Sequence record: ON529858.1
Length of the DNA stretch: 64,000 bases
Direction: 5' to 3' (one strand)
Shown here: positions 60,515-64,000 of the stretch, one piece after another
Position numbering within the stretch: position 1 is the stretch's first letter
How the letters are laid out: every line of letters starts with the position of its first letter
Made by a program: the position numbers and the translations under genes
Notes under the pieces: model-generated
What the model was told of the DNA's origin: nothing
The model's database searches: none
The model's input: the letters and a program-made list of their open reading frames with translations, nothing else

Positions 60515-60924
60515 CCGACGACAACGTGACCTTCATCACGAACTCGGCCGCCGTCGATCTGGAGGGCGCCGCTGAAGTTCTGGCCGGGACCCTTCGCAAG
60601 CGCAAGTTCAAGCTGGCGAAGGGGACCTGCCGGTGGTGCAAGGAGCCCAAGACCTCGCGGCGTGAGAACGCCAACTTCTGCTCGGACAAGTGCCGGACGG
60701 CGGCCCACAACCACTCCAAGAAGCAGGGCTACTCGGTCATCGCGATCGCGAAGCGCTGGAGACGCTACCGCCGGCCGGGGGACTTCGCTCTGTTCTCCAA
60801 GATGCTCGGCGAACTGATCCAGGAAGACAAGAACCTCGGGATCGACCACTACCCCGATCCACCGACCTCCGCCTACACGAAGGTCATCTGCAACAACGCG
60901 ACCGGCCGCAAGCGCGCGGCGTAA
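60511..60924 (+). CDS. Zn-finger (CxxC...FCSxxC) protein coupled to the recombinase
   Basis: CRWC...FCSDKC; ATGA overlap. Confidence 0.7.
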   Translation: MTDDNVTFITNSAAVDLEGAAEVLAGTLRKRKFKLAKGTCRWCKEPKTSRRENANFCSDKCRTAAHNHSKKQGYSVIAIAKRWRRYRRPGDFALFSKMLGELIQEDKNLGIDHYPDPPTSAYTKVICNNATGRKRAA

Positions 60925-60937
60925 CGAAGGAGATTTC

Positions 60938-61225
60938 ATGACGAATCAAGCCAAGACCACCGACGATCGCGGCACGCTGATTGTTGACCAGACCCGCGAC
61001 GGTCACCGCCTGCAAGTCTTCCAGACCCAGAACGACCAAGACGCCAGCATCACCGCCTGCGTCGGCTACTTCGACGGCCAGCGCTCGGTCACGGGCACGC
61101 GCCCCGACATCGTCGCGAACGCCCTGGTCAAGAAGCACCTGACGGCCATCCCGCCCAAGGATCGCGGCGTGGTGATCGACTTCGCCACCGCTCGTGCCCT
61201 GCGCAAGGGCGGCTATATGAACTAG
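60938..61225 (+). CDS. Hypothetical protein
   Basis: 95 aa, RBS AAGGAG. Confidence 0.65.
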   Translation: MTNQAKTTDDRGTLIVDQTRDGHRLQVFQTQNDQDASITACVGYFDGQRSVTGTRPDIVANALVKKHLTAIPPKDRGVVIDFATARALRKGGYMN

Positions 61226-61236
61226 GGGAGAATCGG

Positions 61237-61262
61237 CGACGTCCTACGTCGCCGATCTTGAC
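61237..61262 (+). promoter_or_regulatory. Phage operator/promoter motif copy upstream of the primase
   Basis: CGACG-TCCTA-CGTCG-CCGATC-TTGACA-N17-GATTGT. Confidence 0.75.
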
Positions 61263-61324
61263 AAAGGGGTGGGCTTGGGGGATTGTTCCCGTCGCCCAGA
61301 CCACCCCCGCCCCCACAAGGCTTC

Positions 61325-64000
61325 ATGTCCCAAAAGTTCGATCTCTTGGCCGCGCTGTTCGCGGCACACTCCGGTGATGTCCATTTCGAGACCGCCGATG
61401 GCAAGTCCCGCGTCACCCGCGATCGGGACTTTATCGAACTGGACGCCACCCACGTCAGCCCGCAACTCCCCGACCGGGACGTCGTGTTCGTCTTCGGCGT
61501 CGCCGAGGACGTGGCCGAAGACGACTATCTTTCCTTCCGCCTGAAGCCGACCACCGTCCTCTACAAGGACGGGATCATGCTGTCGGCCTGGGCCTTCGAA
61601 CAGCCCGTGTCCGAGGTCGCCGTCGCTGGGCTGGCGGGCAGTCTCGGGATGCAGTCGCTGGATGAGCCCATGCCGCTCCCGAGCGCCGCCGGCTGGCAAC
61701 TGGTCCACTTCGACGATCAGACCTTCTACACCCTGCCTGAGATGATCCGTGTATATGGAGAAGCGCAGGCCGTCGCTGGGCGCGAAGAGAGCCCGCCGTG
61801 GGACGAAGACGTCCCGGCCGCGCCCGAGCCCTCGCTGGACACCTATGGCGACGCCAAGGTCATCACGCCCTTCTTCGAGTCGAACCCCGTGCTGGCGCAG
61901 GAGATGGTCATCTCCCTGGGCGCCAACAAGGAGTCGCAGAAGTGGAAGCCCGCGACCCTGCCGATCGGCGCCTTCATGGCGAAGCTGGCGCGGCACGAGG
62001 TCGGCAACAAGGACGGCGCCTCCTACGTCCTGGGCGACATGGTCCCCGGCCGCCGGCTGAAGACGGCCGTCAAGGCGCTCTACGCCGTCGGGCTCGACGT
62101 CGACGTCGGCACGTCCACCGCCCAGATCGACGCCGCCCTGAAGAAGCTGGGCTGCATGGCGATCCGCTATTCGACCCACTCCCACCTCAAGTCGACCACC
62201 GAGTTCAAGCGCGACCGCCTGACGAAGTGGGCCGAGAAGGAAGCCAACGGCGACGACTTCGAACAGGAAGAGGTGCTGCACCGGTTCCTGCTGGAGGCCG
62301 AGAAGTGGGACCCCGAGATCGTCGCCTCCGCCACCTACAAGGGCGATGAGCACCAAGACCGGGGCATCATGGCGATCGTCGAGCACCGGGCCATGCCGAA
62401 GCACCGGATCGTGCTTCCGTTCGCCAAGCCGTTCGTCATCTCCGAGCAGACCGGCACGCAGGCCGAAGCGATGAAGAAGTGGGGCAAGGTCCCCACCGCG
62501 CTCGCGCTCGACCTGGGCGTGCCGCTCGACGAGTCCTGCCTGGACCCCTCGCGCCTGTTCTACTTCCCCCGTCACGCCAAGGGCAGGCCCTTCGACGCCT
62601 CCATCTTCGGCGGCCCTCTGTTCGACTGGACCTCGCTGGTTCTGGAGGACCCGTTCGAGGCCGAGATCGCCAAGCTGACCAAGGGCACGTCGAAGTCGCA
62701 GACCAACGAAGGTCGCGACCTGGGCCGCTGGTCGATGAAGCGCGCCCACGGCTTCCAGATCGTCCAGGCGCTGGAAGACAACTGCCCCGACAAGATGCGC
62801 AATCAGACCGGCTCCGGCTGGGAGATCGAATGCCCCTTCGACGAAGAGCACTCGAACCCCGGCGACCCGGACGACCGCGCCTGCATGGCGGTCAACGCCG
62901 GCGACGGCCCGTCGGACTGGTTCTCGGTCCGATGCCTGCACGAGACCTGCAAGTCGAAGACCAATCTCGACATGGTCGGCAAGATGGTCGCGGACGGCTG
63001 GTTCGCCCGCGAGGTTCTGGACGACGAGACCTACAACGCCGTCCTCGACAGCGACAACGCCCCGAACCCCGAGATCACCAAGAAGATCGAGGACCAGGAC
63101 AACGCCCGCGAGGCCTATGAGCAGGCGATCGAAGACCTGCCGCCGCGCGCCACCCAGAAGCAGATCGACGAGGTCCTGCGGGTCATCGCCGACGCCAGCC
63201 TGGGCGCCGTCGCCGAAGACTACGCCATGGGCCTGCTGAAGACCAAGCTGAAGTCGACCCTGGTCACCATCAAGAAGGCCATGAAGGCGGTCAAGATGGA
63301 GATCGCCCGCGAGCAGAACGAAGGCGGAGCCATCAAGGACCCGCACGGCCGGGCTGTCTTCTCCTACCAGGGCGAATACAACTTCGACGAAGCCTCGGAC
63401 ATCTGCAACCGCGCGCTGCTGGCCGCCAACCGGATCGAGGAAGAGCCGCTGTTCTCCTGCGCCGGCGACAAGCCCGTGCGCCTGACGCGCGACAAGTCCG
63501 GCCGGATCACCTTCGCCGAGATGTCGACCTCTCGCGCCATGTGGTCGGAACTGAACAACCGCGTCACCTTCATGCGTCGCGGCGACCAAGGCGACGGCGC
63601 CCGTGGCAAGGTCCCCGAGGAAGTGGCGAACCACGTCTATGAGCAGGCCTATCAGACCCTGCCGGTGACGCCCGAGATCATCTACACGCCGCTCTACACC
63701 TCGGAAGGCAAGCTGCTGCGCAAGCCCGGCTACTACCCGGACACGGAGATGCTGGTCGCCGACATCGGCTTCGACGTGCCGAAGGTCTACGCCGATCCGA
63801 CGTGGGAAGAGGTCGAGAAGGCCGTCGCGCTGCTGCGTGACGAAGTCCTGGGCGACTTCCCCTTCCTGGACTACGACCTGAAGGGCGTCGAGCGCCGCGA
63901 GCCGTCGCTGGCGAACGCCATGGCGATGCTGATCACCCCGTTCATGCGCCGCATGATCGACTCCTGCACGCCCGTCTTCTTCATCTCCAAGCCCGCCCCC
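61325..64000 (+). CDS. Primase (AEP/prim-pol type) with Zn finger, probably primase-helicase; truncated by the window end
   Basis: Open frame to 64000 (not in track); GLDVD, YSTHSH, KHRIVLP, DPSRLFYFP, CPFDEEH...CLHETC. Confidence 0.78.
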   Translation, partial: MSQKFDLLAALFAAHSGDVHFETADGKSRVTRDRDFIELDATHVSPQLPDRDVVFVFGVAEDVAEDDYLSFRLKPTTVLYKDGIMLSAWAFEQPVSEVAVAGLAGSLGMQSLDEPMPLPSAAGWQLVHFDDQTFYTLPEMIRVYGEAQAVAGREESPPWDEDVPAAPEPSLDTYGDAKVITPFFESNPVLAQEMVISLGANKESQKWKPATLPIGAFMAKLARHEVGNKDGASYVLGDMVPGRRLKTAVKALYAVGLDVDVGTSTAQIDAALKKLGCMAIRYSTHSHLKSTTEFKRDRLTKWAEKEANGDDFEQEEVLHRFLLEAEKWDPEIVASATYKGDEHQDRGIMAIVEHRAMPKHRIVLPFAKPFVISEQTGTQAEAMKKWGKVPTALALDLGVPLDESCLDPSRLFYFPRHAKGRPFDASIFGGPLFDWTSLVLEDPFEAEIAKLTKGTSKSQTNEGRDLGRWSMKRAHGFQIVQALEDNCPDKMRNQTGSGWEIECPFDEEHSNPGDPDDRACMAVNAGDGPSDWFSVRCLHETCKSKTNLDMVGKMVADGWFAREVLDDETYNAVLDSDNAPNPEITKKIEDQDNAREAYEQAIEDLPPRATQKQIDEVLRVIADASLGAVAEDYAMGLLKTKLKSTLVTIKKAMKAVKMEIAREQNEGGAIKDPHGRAVFSYQGEYNFDEASDICNRALLAANRIEEEPLFSCAGDKPVRLTRDKSGRITFAEMSTSRAMWSELNNRVTFMRRGDQGDGARGKVPEEVANHVYEQAYQTLPVTPEIIYTPLYTSEGKLLRKPGYYPDTEMLVADIGFDVPKVYADPTWEEVEKAVALLRDEVLGDFPFLDYDLKGVERREPSLANAMAMLITPFMRRMIDSCTPVFFISKPAP

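Overview
A 64-kb segment of a large, GC-rich lytic siphophage genome. The architecture is phiCbK-like and the host is inferred to be an alphaproteobacterium, probably Caulobacteraceae, from the RcGTA-type DUF2460/DUF2163/NlpC-P60 tail-tip module and an alpha-type permuted tmRNA with an ANDN tag. No database searches were run; all calls rest on motif recognition. 1-23.5 kb (+): tail tube, chaperone pair with a GGGAAAC -1 slip site, tape measure with a lysozyme domain, tail-tip proteins and two fibres. 23.5-26 kb (+): lysis cassette. 26.4-47.2 kb (-): XRE regulator, dUTPase, class Ia RNR (beta fused to glutaredoxin, alpha carrying an intein), ThyX, dNMP kinase, RecD-like helicase, SSB-like protein, Cas4-like and DEDDh nucleases, T7-type DNA polymerase, two methyltransferases. 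47.2-50.0 kb: a 2.8-kb non-coding island holding a ~480-nt and a ~1.1-kb structured RNA candidate, a two-piece tmRNA and three atypical tRNAs. 50-58.7 kb (-): SNF2 helicase, cysteine-less thioredoxin, rIIB/rIIA. 58.8-64 kb (+): tyrosine recombinase and a primase-like gene running off the window. The strongest leads are the non-coding RNA island, a redox-dead thioredoxin paired with a polymerase that retains the T7 thioredoxin-binding loop, and a repeated CGACG-N5-CGTCG operator linked to TTGAC promoters.
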